A stretch of DNA of 40,719 bases from Candidatus Spyradenecus sp. (GTDB taxonomy: Bacteria > Verrucomicrobiota > Kiritimatiellia > RFP12 > DVOR01), in the NCBI GenBank assembly GCA_051891975.1, contig JBJFFT010000040.1:1-40719 (forward strand), read 5' to 3'. Made by a program: the position numbers and the translations under genes. The notes under the pieces are model-generated. The model saw only the letters and a list, made by a program, of their open reading frames with translations, had not been told where the DNA came from and did no database searches. This document shows positions 7,498 to 19,161 of this stretch, piece by piece (the stretch's first letter is position 1; each line of letters opens with the position of its first letter).

Positions 7498-8760
7498 ATG
7501 AGTAAGATTCGGCATTGGTTGATCCTCGTGGGTTGCTACTGCGTTTTCGCCTCTGCGTTTGTGGCGAGTTGCCAATGGGTTAAGTCGCTTCGCTGGTGTG
7601 ACATTAGCGTGCGCTACCACGAGATTTGCTGTTCGCATACGGGGGTCAATCCCTTTGATGTGTGGTCGCACCGCGTGGAGACGGAACGTTTCATTGGTTG
7701 GTGGCGGCCGGATTTCCCAGAGAGTCGCGAGTATCGGTTGCGTTACAGTGGCGAGAACCCCGAGAAGGTTCGCGTACACGCCTATCCTCCGTGGCATACA
7801 ACCTTCGCGTGGTTCTACGGGTGGATGCCTAGACACGCGCTGATTGCCTGGATTACCGTCTTGAATACATTGCTCTTTGTCTTCTTTGCCAACCGTCTTC
7901 GCCGTTGGGCGCCAATAGAACCGGCGTCAGAACGGCAGGAGTTTCAGCTGATGGTCTTTGCAGGGATTGCCTTTCAGATGGCGTATCTGCTGGGTGTCGG
8001 CAATTATGGTGGGCTTTTGTTGGTGCTGATTGTGCTGATGATGGAGGCCTTTGAGAAGCGGCGAGAGGTGCTGATAGGGGTTTTATGGGCGTTGGCGATG
8101 GTCAAGCCGCAAGTGGGATTGCTCCTCTTTTGGCCGCTCTTCTTCGGTAAGTGCTACAAAGCCATCGCCGTTGCGGTGACGATTTGCCTCCTAGCCACCC
8201 TTTGGCCAGCCTATGTCTACCACACCTCGCCGATTGAGCTGCTGTTGCAAGTGCCGCAGATCGGCGCACCCTATCTGGTCTCGGGCGGCTACTCTCCGGC
8301 GGAGGTGATGCTTGAGTGGTTCGGCAAGTACGGGCCCACGCTTTGGATGGGCATCTTCTTCCTGGCGCTGGGTGGCCTTTCTTTCCTGGTTCGGCACGAG
8401 AAGTCTACTCTCTTTCGCTTCGCGCCGGCGCTGATTGTCTTCCCCTTCTGGACCTATTCGCAGTTGCACGACCACGTTATTCTGGCCCTGCTCTATGTGC
8501 TCATCCTGCGGGAGGTCTACGGCATTGGCAAGGGGCTCCTCTCTGCCGGCGAGCGGCGCTGGGTCTCCTATGCGTTGGTGGCCAACCTCTTCTCGATTGC
8601 CATTGCCGGCTCGATGGACTTTGCCTACCGCATTGAGCGCCTGGATGAAGCGGCCACCTTCGCCCTCTACCACTCGGTCTGTTTCCTGCCCACCTATCTT
8701 CCCCCCGTTCTCGCCGCCTGGCTTCTGATTAGATCTGTCCGCGCCGCCCGGAGCGCGTAG
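7498..8760 (+). CDS. Polytopic membrane protein, DUF2029/GT87-like (GT-C fold glycosyltransferase-like)
   Basis: About 10 predicted TM segments and an AMVKPQVGLLLFWPLF motif typical of DUF2029-type glycosyltransferases. The ATG at 7498 was chosen because the 7321 extension runs into the REP array and promoter. Confidence 0.7.
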   Translation: MSKIRHWLILVGCYCVFASAFVASCQWVKSLRWCDISVRYHEICCSHTGVNPFDVWSHRVETERFIGWWRPDFPESREYRLRYSGENPEKVRVHAYPPWHTTFAWFYGWMPRHALIAWITVLNTLLFVFFANRLRRWAPIEPASERQEFQLMVFAGIAFQMAYLLGVGNYGGLLLVLIVLMMEAFEKRREVLIGVLWALAMVKPQVGLLLFWPLFFGKCYKAIAVAVTICLLATLWPAYVYHTSPIELLLQVPQIGAPYLVSGGYSPAEVMLEWFGKYGPTLWMGIFFLALGGLSFLVRHEKSTLFRFAPALIVFPFWTYSQLHDHVILALLYVLILREVYGIGKGLLSAGERRWVSYALVANLFSIAIAGSMDFAYRIERLDEAATFALYHSVCFLPTYLPPVLAAWLLIRSVRAARSA

Positions 8761-8774
8761 GGCGTTTACAGATA

Positions 8775-8816
8775 AACAAGAGCCGCAGCGCGTCAGGCGT
8801 TGCGGCTCTTGTTTTG
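8775..8816. terminator. Bidirectional intrinsic terminator between convergent genes
   Basis: 13-bp perfect stem AACAAGAGCCGCA / TGCGGCTCTTGTT (8775-8787 / 8801-8813), flanked by TTTTG on + and TTTAT on the minus strand. Confidence 0.65.
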
Positions 8817-8845
8817 TGAATGGCAGGGCGTTCGCCCGGCGCGGC

Positions 8846-11800
8846 TTACTCCTCGATGACCACGCGGAAGCCGACGTTGTAGGGGCGCTGCCAGGGGGGA
8901 TAGCCCCAGCGGGTGGCGGAGGTAGCGCGGATCTGGCGCTGGTACCAGGAGCCGCCGCGGATGACGCGCAGCTCGTCGTTGGCCGCCTCGAAGCCGGGCC
9001 CGCCGACGTAGGAGGTGAAGGGCGAGGTGGTCCATTCGGCCACGTTGCCGTGCATATCGTGCAGGCCGAAGTCGTTGGGCTGGTAGGAGCCGACCTTGGC
9101 GAGGTGGAGGACACCGTCGTTGAAGCGGGGGTCCTTCTTCTCGTAGTCCATAAACTCGTTGGGATTACGGATGGGCTGGGGGTCGACGCCAGAGACGGCG
9201 AGCTTCTTCATCGTGAGATCGGCGAGGTTGGCGTGCTTGGAGAAGTCGGTGTTGAGGTCGCCGTAGTTCATTGGCGTGTCGGTGCCGGCGCGGCAGGCGT
9301 ATTCCCACTCGGTCTCGGTGGGGAGGCGGACGGTGCGGCCGGTCTTGGCCGAGAGCCATGCGCAGAAGGCCTGGGCGGTGTCGAAGGAGACGCGGATGGC
9401 CGGGAAGTCGGGGCCGTTGACGAAGTAGCCGCGGCGGACTTGGTCCTTGTAGTGCATGTCGTAAACACCATTCTCGAAGGTGGCGTCGAACTGCTGCATC
9501 ATCGCCATCGTGGTCTCGGTGGTGGCCATATAGAAGGGCTTGGAGACGGTGGCGATGTGGGCGGGGGCCTCGGCGTTGCTCTCGGCGTTAGAGCCCATCA
9601 CGAAGGAACCGGCGGGGATGCGCACGGCGGTGATGACCTGGCCGCCGCCGAGGTCGAGCTTAATCTCTTGGCGCGGGCCTTGCTTGGCCTTGCCGTCGAA
9701 GGGCCAGCCCTCCAGGGAGATTTCGGCCTTCTCGACGCGCGGACCGGTGGGGCGCTCGAAGGTGACCGCACCGGGCTTGTAGGGGTTGATGATGCGCTCG
9801 GGGTCGAAGTCGAGGTTGGTGGTCTTCTTCTCGTAGCTGCGGCGTTGGTCGATAATGTTCTGGCGGCCGCCGCGCTCGGTCCAGGTGCCGAAGTAGGGGA
9901 CGTTGAGGTCGATCCAGGTGATCAGGCGGTCCCACTCCTCGGCGGTGAGCTGCACGCCCTTGTGGCCCTTCTTGAGGTGCTGGTAGAGGTCGGAGGTGGA
10001 GGCGTGGAACTCCAGGGGCGTGAGGACGTGGTAGTCGCCCTCGGGGCCGTTGCGGCGGACGTAGGGGTGCAGGGCGATGTAGGAGCCGCTGAAGCCGTTC
10101 CAGCCGCGGGGGCGGTAGGTGAAGTCGGGGATCTTCTGGCCGATGGCGTTGGTGGCCTTGGTCTGGCCGTTGTGGCAGCCGACGCACTTGCGGTCGAGGA
10201 CGGGTTGGACCTCGCGGTCAAAGCTCCAGCCGCGCGCCGGGCCGTACCAGGGCTTAATCTGCTGGGGCTTCTTGCGCGAGGCGATGGGGGCGATGGTCGG
10301 CGGGGCCATATTCTGGCTCTCGTGGCAGCCAATGCAGCTGATGGTCTCGCCGGGCATCCCCACGAGCCACGAACGCATCATCTGCAACGCCTGGCCATTT
10401 TCGTCGAGCGGCTGGACGGTGAGGGGCGTGTTGGCCGGGAACTCGAACATGCACGAGCCGTCTTCCTCCACATCCACGGTGCCGTGGAGGATGCGCACGT
10501 CCCACGGGCCTTCCATACCGATGGCGTAGTGGCCGCCGGCGTGGCGCGGAGCGTATTCGTAGTTGAAGACGCGCAGCTTCTTCACCTTGCCGTGGGGGAC
10601 GCCTTCCAGGGTCTTCTGGCCGCGGTAGACGTTGGCCATATAGACGTTGCAGGTCTTGCTCTCGAGGTTGACGCGGTCGGGGCGGACGGGCGGCTTGGGG
10701 CGGGCCTTGAGGGGAATGGGCTCGTAGTAGTTCGCGTCGGGGCTCTCCCAGAGGGTGAGGACGTTGTCGTAGATGTCCACGAGCACCAGGCGCCAGGGGG
10801 AGGCGTTGTCATCCTGCATCGCGGCGAGGATGAGCTCGTCGTTGAGCGGACGGGGATGGAGGAAGTAGGGCTTGATGTTGTCGACCAGGCGATCCAGGGT
10901 GATGTTCTCGATCGGGCGGCCGCGGAAGGGGAACTTGTGGATGGCGCCCTGGGTCTCGATACGGCCCTTGGAGACGTCGAACATCACCAGCTCGCCCTTG
11001 CGGGCCACGCCGTGGTGGCCGGTGACGATGCCGACGAACTTGGTGGAACTGCCGGGGATGTTCTGGTGGTAGAAGATGGCGTTGGGCCAGTAGCTGTTCG
11101 ATCCGTAGAACTCCTGCTGGTCGGTGCCGTCGGGGTTCATCGTCATCAGCACGCGCGAGAAGTAGTGGGCCGAGTCGGTGTACTCCCAGCGCAGGAAGAC
11201 CACGCGGCCGTTGGGGTAGACCTCGGGGTTCCAGTTGATGTCCTGGTCAAAAGTCAGGCGGCGCGAGCTCTTGCGGTCGGCCGAGAGGAGCAGGAGGTTG
11301 GCCACATAGTCGCCGCCGGCCACGCAGGGCACGCCTTGGAAGCCGACGGTGGCGGTGGTGATGATGCGCCCGTCGGGCAGATAGCAGGCATCGAAGTAGT
11401 CGACGTCGGGGTTCGCGTCCTCGTAGGCCTTGTGCCAATTGGAGCCATCGACGTTCATCTCGTAGAGCCCCCAGGGGCCTTCCTTCTCGTCGCCCGAGGA
11501 GAGGAGGATGCGGCTGGCATCCCAATCGAGCTCCACATCGCCGAGGTAGGCGCTCGAGCTCTTGAGGACGGTGGGCTGACCTTCGGGGGCATCTTCCTGG
11601 CAGAGCGGCCCGCGCAGGAGAGTGTTGCGGTAGCCGCGCAGCGTGGCGTTATTGTCGCCATTCCACCCGGTGTTGCCCTGGTAGTTCTGGAAGAGCCCCT
11701 GCTTGGAGCCCTTCGGGCGATTGACGAAGAGGATCTCCTGGAAGTCCACCGCCGGGTGCTGAAGGAGGACCTTCTTCTGCAGTTCGCGGTAGGTATCGTA

Positions 11801-12505
11801 GAGGGCCTGGGCGTTGCTCTCCTTGGCCTCCAGACGCTGCTGGAGCGCGTCGATGCCCGCGGCAATCTCGGCGGCATTCGGGTAGGCCTCGGGATACTTC
11901 TCGGCATAGGCCTTGAGCGCATCGCGCAGGGCATTGACCTTGATCGCGCCCACCAACGCGGCAATTCGCGCCCGCTCGGCGCGCTCGGCCAGGGTGTCGG
12001 CGTGCTGACCGGTGCGCGGGCCCTTGCCGGCCTCGGGGACAAAGTAGTTCGCCCGCTCGGTCTTCGGCCGCGTCTCTTCCCAGACAATCGTGCGGTTCGC
12101 GTCCGAGAGGGTGACGCGCACGCCGTTGAGGCGGGCGGCATAACCGTCGCCGCGGTTCCAGACGACGATCTTCTCCACGGGAACGCTCTTGCCCAGGTCG
12201 ACCTCCCACATCGGGTCGGTCAGGTCCTCGGGGGTGTGGGTGATGGTGTTATCGCCATAACGGTCGGAGGTGTTGCCGTCGATGGCGCGTTTGGCTTCGC
12301 CGCCCCAAGCGGTGGCGCACTGCACGGCCTTTCCGCCAAGGGCCACATTCTGCCCATTGGCGAAGACCTCCACTTCCGCGAGCGAGAGCGTGGCCTTATC
12401 CTTCGGGATATCCACCGTTACATACCGCGCTTCAACGGCGGCTCCAAGCTGTCCGGTCCCAATCGCCGCCAGCGCCGCAAAGAGTGCATTCCGCATCCAA
12501 GTCAT
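8846..12505 (-). CDS. Secreted multidomain protein: F5/8 type C (discoidin)-like domain, beta-propeller region, two CxxCH motifs, C-terminal FGE-sulfatase (SUMF1-like) domain
   Basis: ATG 12505 has a GGAGG RBS. Signal peptide MTWMRNALFAALAAIGTGQLGAAVEA. Discoidin-like GGKAVQCATAWGGEAKRAIDGNTSDRY...VVWNR. CxxCH at ISCIGCHES, and at VQPVLDRKCVGCHNG (planctomycete-cytochrome-like). FGE domain RLPTETEWEYACRAG...HDMHGNVAEW...RVIRGGSW. Confidence 0.9.
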   Translation of the reverse strand: MTWMRNALFAALAAIGTGQLGAAVEARYVTVDIPKDKATLSLAEVEVFANGQNVALGGKAVQCATAWGGEAKRAIDGNTSDRYGDNTITHTPEDLTDPMWEVDLGKSVPVEKIVVWNRGDGYAARLNGVRVTLSDANRTIVWEETRPKTERANYFVPEAGKGPRTGQHADTLAERAERARIAALVGAIKVNALRDALKAYAEKYPEAYPNAAEIAAGIDALQQRLEAKESNAQALYDTYRELQKKVLLQHPAVDFQEILFVNRPKGSKQGLFQNYQGNTGWNGDNNATLRGYRNTLLRGPLCQEDAPEGQPTVLKSSSAYLGDVELDWDASRILLSSGDEKEGPWGLYEMNVDGSNWHKAYEDANPDVDYFDACYLPDGRIITTATVGFQGVPCVAGGDYVANLLLLSADRKSSRRLTFDQDINWNPEVYPNGRVVFLRWEYTDSAHYFSRVLMTMNPDGTDQQEFYGSNSYWPNAIFYHQNIPGSSTKFVGIVTGHHGVARKGELVMFDVSKGRIETQGAIHKFPFRGRPIENITLDRLVDNIKPYFLHPRPLNDELILAAMQDDNASPWRLVLVDIYDNVLTLWESPDANYYEPIPLKARPKPPVRPDRVNLESKTCNVYMANVYRGQKTLEGVPHGKVKKLRVFNYEYAPRHAGGHYAIGMEGPWDVRILHGTVDVEEDGSCMFEFPANTPLTVQPLDENGQALQMMRSWLVGMPGETISCIGCHESQNMAPPTIAPIASRKKPQQIKPWYGPARGWSFDREVQPVLDRKCVGCHNGQTKATNAIGQKIPDFTYRPRGWNGFSGSYIALHPYVRRNGPEGDYHVLTPLEFHASTSDLYQHLKKGHKGVQLTAEEWDRLITWIDLNVPYFGTWTERGGRQNIIDQRRSYEKKTTNLDFDPERIINPYKPGAVTFERPTGPRVEKAEISLEGWPFDGKAKQGPRQEIKLDLGGGQVITAVRIPAGSFVMGSNAESNAEAPAHIATVSKPFYMATTETTMAMMQQFDATFENGVYDMHYKDQVRRGYFVNGPDFPAIRVSFDTAQAFCAWLSAKTGRTVRLPTETEWEYACRAGTDTPMNYGDLNTDFSKHANLADLTMKKLAVSGVDPQPIRNPNEFMDYEKKDPRFNDGVLHLAKVGSYQPNDFGLHDMHGNVAEWTTSPFTSYVGGPGFEAANDELRVIRGGSWYQRQIRATSATRWGYPPWQRPYNVGFRVVIEE

Positions 12506-12653
12506 ATCACGTTCCTCCAATTTGAGTGCCCATAGAATACCCTAAAACGCGCCCGCTTGGCAAGCCTTTTCGCTGATTGCGGCCGCTAACACCGCCGGGG
12601 ACGGCGGCAGTCAGAACGGGCAACGCTCGAAACGCGCCGCTGCCTCCAGCAAT

Positions 12654-12797
12654 GGGAGGCCCTGCCTCACCTCGAGGGAGGGCCTAGGTGACCTTGAGGT
12701 AGGGCCTAGGTGACCTTGAGGTAGGCCCTAGGTCGAGGTGAGGTAGGCCCTAGGTCGAAGCGAGGTAGGCCCTAGGTCGCGTCGAGGTAGGGCCTAT
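12654..12797. repeat. REP-like array 2 (about 6.5 units, 22-nt register)
   Basis: Units start at 12674, 12696, 12718, 12740, 12762 and 12784: GAGG(T/G)AGG(G/C)CCTAGGT plus a 5-6 nt linker. Lies between the divergent FGE-domain gene and the atp operon. Confidence 0.95.
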
Positions 12798-12798
12798 G

Positions 12799-12827
12799 GC
12801 GCGCGCGTATACGTGCGCGCGTGCGCG
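12799..12827. repeat. 29-nt perfectly alternating purine-pyrimidine tract GCGCGCGCGTATACGTGCGCGCGTGCGCG fused to the REP array
   Basis: Alternation checked base by base. A related tract follows REP array 5 at 39133-39177. Confidence 0.85.
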
Positions 12828-12900
12828 AGTGCGTCACCTTACTACATACAAGCGAGTGCCCGAAGGGTGCTCGCGGCGGGGTGGAGCGTCCCACGCTCCC

Positions 12901-12928
12901 GGGGGGTGTGGGGGCGAGTAGCCCCCAC
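12901..12928 (+). repeat. GC hairpin repeat family 2: GGGGGTGTGGGGGCGAGTAGCCCCCAC
   Basis: 8-bp stem GTGGGGGC/GCCCCCAC with a 5-nt loop. Related copies in reverse orientation at 24775-24801, 29979-30004 and 30142-30178. Confidence 0.8.
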
Positions 12929-12976
12929 ATTCGGGGTGCGGGGCGGGGCCCCGGGTGCCTTTTGCGGCATTCTTGC

Positions 12977-13005
12977 TTGACCGCGGGCGCGCGAGGGAGT
13001 ATACT
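12977..13005 (+). promoter_or_regulatory. atp operon promoter candidate: TTGACC, 17-nt spacer, TATACT
   Basis: Hexamers at 12977-12982 and 13000-13005, spacing counted directly. Lies 32 nt upstream of atpB ATG 13037. Confidence 0.5.
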
Positions 13006-13036
13006 GGGGGCGTTTTTAGTTGAGGGCTCCTGGCCG

Positions 13037-13828
13037 ATGGAAGAGAAGCTTGAGGCGTTTCTAGAGTATGTGAACCACCACGTGTTGCATCACTGGGGTT
13101 CGTTGGATGCGTTGACGCACCGGAATTGGCTGTCGGCGTTGGGGCACGATGTGCTGGCGATCTTCCACTTTGATGTGACGATGCTGGCGTTGGTGACGGT
13201 GCTGCTGTGCGCGTTGGCGTTTTGGGGTCGGCGGCACTTGGGGCGGGTGCCGTCGGGGATTGGGCTGTTGCTGGAGCGGTATGTGATGTTCATCCGCGAC
13301 GAGATGGTCTACCCGAACTTCGGCGGGGCGGCGTATGGGCGGCGGTATGTGCCCTTCTTCTGCTCGATCTTCCTCTTCATCCTGCTGGCGAACCTGCTGG
13401 GCTTGATTCCGCTCTTTACGACGGCGACGGGCAATGTGAGCGTGACGGCGGGGTTGGCGACGATTTTCTTGGGGATGGCGATCTTTGCGACCTTGCGGCA
13501 GGGTGGGGGACGGGCGTTGGTGCACGCGCTCTTGCCGGGGGGCTTGCCCGGGCCGATGAAGCCGATGATGTTCCTGATGGAAGTCGTCTCGCTCCTGGCG
13601 CGCACCTTTGCCTTGACGATGCGCCTCTTTGCCAATATGCTCGGCGGGCACGTGGTGCTCTATGCGATGATTTCGCTCACGGCGATTCTGGGGGCTGCGG
13701 CGCTGCCCTCGCTGGCGGTGGCGATTTGCATCTATCTCTTTGAGGTCTTTGTGGCCTGTTTGCAGGCGTATGTGTTTACGGTGCTTTCGGCCATCTTTAT
13801 CGGGATGATGGTTCATCCCCAACACTAA
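13037..13828 (+). CDS. atpB: F0F1 ATP synthase subunit a
   Basis: Subunit-a signature LTMRLFANMLGGH and polytopic profile. The ATG at 13037 was chosen because the 12821 extension covers the repeats and promoter. Confidence 0.92.
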   Translation: MEEKLEAFLEYVNHHVLHHWGSLDALTHRNWLSALGHDVLAIFHFDVTMLALVTVLLCALAFWGRRHLGRVPSGIGLLLERYVMFIRDEMVYPNFGGAAYGRRYVPFFCSIFLFILLANLLGLIPLFTTATGNVSVTAGLATIFLGMAIFATLRQGGGRALVHALLPGGLPGPMKPMMFLMEVVSLLARTFALTMRLFANMLGGHVVLYAMISLTAILGAAALPSLAVAICIYLFEVFVACLQAYVFTVLSAIFIGMMVHPQH

Positions 13829-13849
13829 CGGAAAAGTAAGGAGTCAGAC

Positions 13850-14041
13850 ATGGGTCCGATTGGAGCGAGTATTGCGGTGATTGGTGCGGCGGCGGGGATC
13901 AGCATCTTGGCCTCGGCGGCGCTGAATGGAATGGCCCGCCAGCCGGAAGTGGCCGGCAAGCTGCAGACGGCGATGATTATCGCCGGCGCGCTCATCGAGG
14001 GTGTGGCCCTCTTCGCCGTGGTGGTCTGCCTGCTGAAGTAA
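13850..14041 (+). CDS. atpE: F0F1 ATP synthase subunit c
   Basis: 63-aa hairpin proteolipid with ARQPE loop and the carboxylate in ALIEGVALF. GGAG RBS upstream. Confidence 0.95.
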   Translation: MGPIGASIAVIGAAAGISILASAALNGMARQPEVAGKLQTAMIIAGALIEGVALFAVVVCLLK

Positions 14042-14053
14042 AGGGCGCAGCCC

Positions 14054-14653
14054 ATGGATAACGCAGAGGCGATGGCCGGAGCCCCCGAGCCCGTGCTCGT
14101 CACCGAGGTGCCTGTCCGCGAAGGGCAGGCGACGGTCGAGGAGCCGGTGACCCCGGGCGATGTCTCCTTGCGCGGCTTCGATGGGCAGATGGTGCTGCTG
14201 ACGTGGGTGGCCTTTGCCGTGGCGGCCGTGGTGCTGACCAAGGTGCTCTGGAAGCCGCTGCTGGCCTTTCTCGAAACGCGCGAGGCGGAGATCAAGGCCT
14301 CGCTCGAGGATGCTGAGAAGGCGCGCGTGGCCGCGGCCCATGCCGATGCCAAGGCGGCCGAGACCATTGCCAAGGCCGAACGCGAGGCGCGCGCGAGCGC
14401 CGATGCCCAGGCTCAGGCGGCCAGGGCCCATGTGGCCGAGCTGGAGAATGCCGCGCGCGAGGCAATTGCCGAGCGGCGGAAGGTGGCCGAGGCGACCTTG
14501 GCGGCCGAGCGCGAGGCGACCTTGCGCTCGCTCTCCGAGCAGGCCGGCGGCGAGATTGCCAGCGCCCTCGAGCGGCTGCTCCCGGGGATGTTGACCGACG
14601 CGCAGCGCCAGGCCTATCAGGACCAGATTGCCGCGCAGGTGCAGCTGCGCTAG
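14054..14653 (+). CDS. atpF: F0F1 ATP synthase subunit b (with N-terminal acidic extension)
   Basis: Single TM segment followed by a long Ala/Glu/Arg-rich helix. Position between atpE and atpH. Confidence 0.85.
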   Translation: MDNAEAMAGAPEPVLVTEVPVREGQATVEEPVTPGDVSLRGFDGQMVLLTWVAFAVAAVVLTKVLWKPLLAFLETREAEIKASLEDAEKARVAAAHADAKAAETIAKAEREARASADAQAQAARAHVAELENAAREAIAERRKVAEATLAAEREATLRSLSEQAGGEIASALERLLPGMLTDAQRQAYQDQIAAQVQLR

Positions 14654-14663
14654 GATTCGAGCG

Positions 14664-15206
14664 ATGTACAACGAAGAGGAAGCCGCCCGCCCTTACGCCC
14701 GTGCGCTCGTCCAGGCCGCTCAAAACCTGGGCTGTATGGCGCGCGTGCGCGAGGATATGGAGGCGCTGAGCGCGCAGTGGGTGGGCAGCGAGGTCTTTCG
14801 CGAATGGGCCAAGCGCTTTCACAGTATGCCACGCGCGAAGCATCGCGAGGTGGTGGCCGCGCTGTGGGGGCAGAGCGTCTGCCCGCCGGTGCGCGTCTTG
14901 CTCGAGGCCCTCTCGGAACACGGGTTGATGATGGTGGTGCCGCAGGTGGTGCGCTGCTTCCGGCGCCTGGCCGATGTGGCCGAGGGCCGGCGCGACGTTA
15001 CGCTCTGCTTTGCCGCCGAGCCCTCCGCGCAGACCCTCTCCACGCTCACCGCCAAGGCCAAGGCCGCCTATGGCGAGCAGACGCGCATCACCACCGAGGT
15101 CCGCCCGGAGCTGGGCGCCGGGGTGTTGATTCGCGCCGGGCATACGCAGTTTGATGGAACGCTCTCCGGCCGCCTGCGCCGGCTCTCCCGCGCCTTTGGG
15201 CGCTAA
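14664..15206 (+). CDS. atpH: F0F1 ATP synthase subunit delta (OSCP)
   Basis: N-terminus ARPYARALVQAA is typical of delta/OSCP, and operon position agrees. ATG 14664 avoids overlap with atpF. Confidence 0.85.
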   Translation: MYNEEEAARPYARALVQAAQNLGCMARVREDMEALSAQWVGSEVFREWAKRFHSMPRAKHREVVAALWGQSVCPPVRVLLEALSEHGLMMVVPQVVRCFRRLADVAEGRRDVTLCFAAEPSAQTLSTLTAKAKAAYGEQTRITTEVRPELGAGVLIRAGHTQFDGTLSGRLRRLSRAFGR

Positions 15207-15218
15207 TGCAAGGACGTT

Positions 15219-16748
<1,530 letters not shown>

Positions 16749-16765
16749 TCGCCGGAGTCGCCGCT

Positions 16766-17644
16766 ATGCCCAGTTTGCGCGAGTTCAACGAACGCCTGGC
16801 GTCGATGGCCGGGATGCGCCGGGTCACCGGCACGATGAAGCTGGTGGCCGCCTCGCACCTCCACCGCGTGCAGAGCGAACTCTCCAAGCCTGAGGGCTTT
16901 GCGCGCTCGCTCGCGGCCCTCGAGGGGCTCATCCTCCAGCCGCGCTTCGACCAGCATCGCCTCCGTCTGCCGCCGCCTGAGCAGGGAAGCCGCATTCTGC
17001 TGGTGGTGATGAGCTCTGATCGCGGGCTCTGCGGCGGCTTCAATGGCACCGTTGTCCGCGCTGTCAAGGCCTTTCACGAGGCGCAGGCCGCGCGCAACCC
17101 CAAGTGCATCGACCACCTGTACGTGGGCCAGAAGGCCTACCAGACGCTCAAGGAGCACTTCCCGGCCCTGGGCGGCGCGCCCCTCCCTGCCTCCACCCAC
17201 CCGGCCGTCAAGGATTCCGACCGCGTGGCCAAGCGCATTATGCGCCTCTTTCACTGGCGCTTCTACGACGAGATCTGGCTCATCTCCAACCACTTCGTCA
17301 ACTCGATGACCAACGATTGCCGCACCGAGCGCCTTCTGCCCGATGCCCGCCCGCCCGCGCCGAAGGTTCACGCCCGCCCCATGCCCTTGCCGCGCATTAT
17401 CGAGCCTAACGACGAGCGGCTCCTCGAGGCCATCACCTACCAGTGGATCCAGCTCTCGCTCTACTACGCAATGCTCCACTCCGCCACCGGCGAGCTCGCT
17501 GCCCGCGTCCTGGCAATGGACAACTCTACGATGAACTTGAATGCGATGGAGAAGGACCTGCGCACCCGCCGCAACCGCGCCCGCCAGGCCGCCATCACCA
17601 ATGAACTGACCGAAATCGTCTCCGGTGCCGAGGCCCTCAACTAG
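16766..17644 (+). CDS. atpG: F0F1 ATP synthase subunit gamma
   Basis: N-terminus RRVTGTMKLVAASHL and C-terminus RQAAITNELTEIVSGAEAL are classic gamma motifs. Confidence 0.93.
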   Translation: MPSLREFNERLASMAGMRRVTGTMKLVAASHLHRVQSELSKPEGFARSLAALEGLILQPRFDQHRLRLPPPEQGSRILLVVMSSDRGLCGGFNGTVVRAVKAFHEAQAARNPKCIDHLYVGQKAYQTLKEHFPALGGAPLPASTHPAVKDSDRVAKRIMRLFHWRFYDEIWLISNHFVNSMTNDCRTERLLPDARPPAPKVHARPMPLPRIIEPNDERLLEAITYQWIQLSLYYAMLHSATGELAARVLAMDNSTMNLNAMEKDLRTRRNRARQAAITNELTEIVSGAEALN

Positions 17645-19138
<1,494 letters not shown>

Positions 19139-19161
19139 CCCTCCCCCTCGCCCCGAGCGCT

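Noticed and set aside
8816-12535. 1239-aa + strand ORF covering the whole FGE-domain gene
   Set aside because: It is a mirror ORF of the real minus-strand gene. The translation is low-complexity G/A/V/L/D-rich (GGGGSADLALVPGAAADD...) with no motifs. High-GC genomes leave antisense frames open.
12654-12797. CRISPR interpretation of the 22-nt arrays
   Set aside because: The units are contiguous with no unique spacers, the arrays are dispersed at five loci, and no cas genes are present. The features fit REP-type repeats instead.
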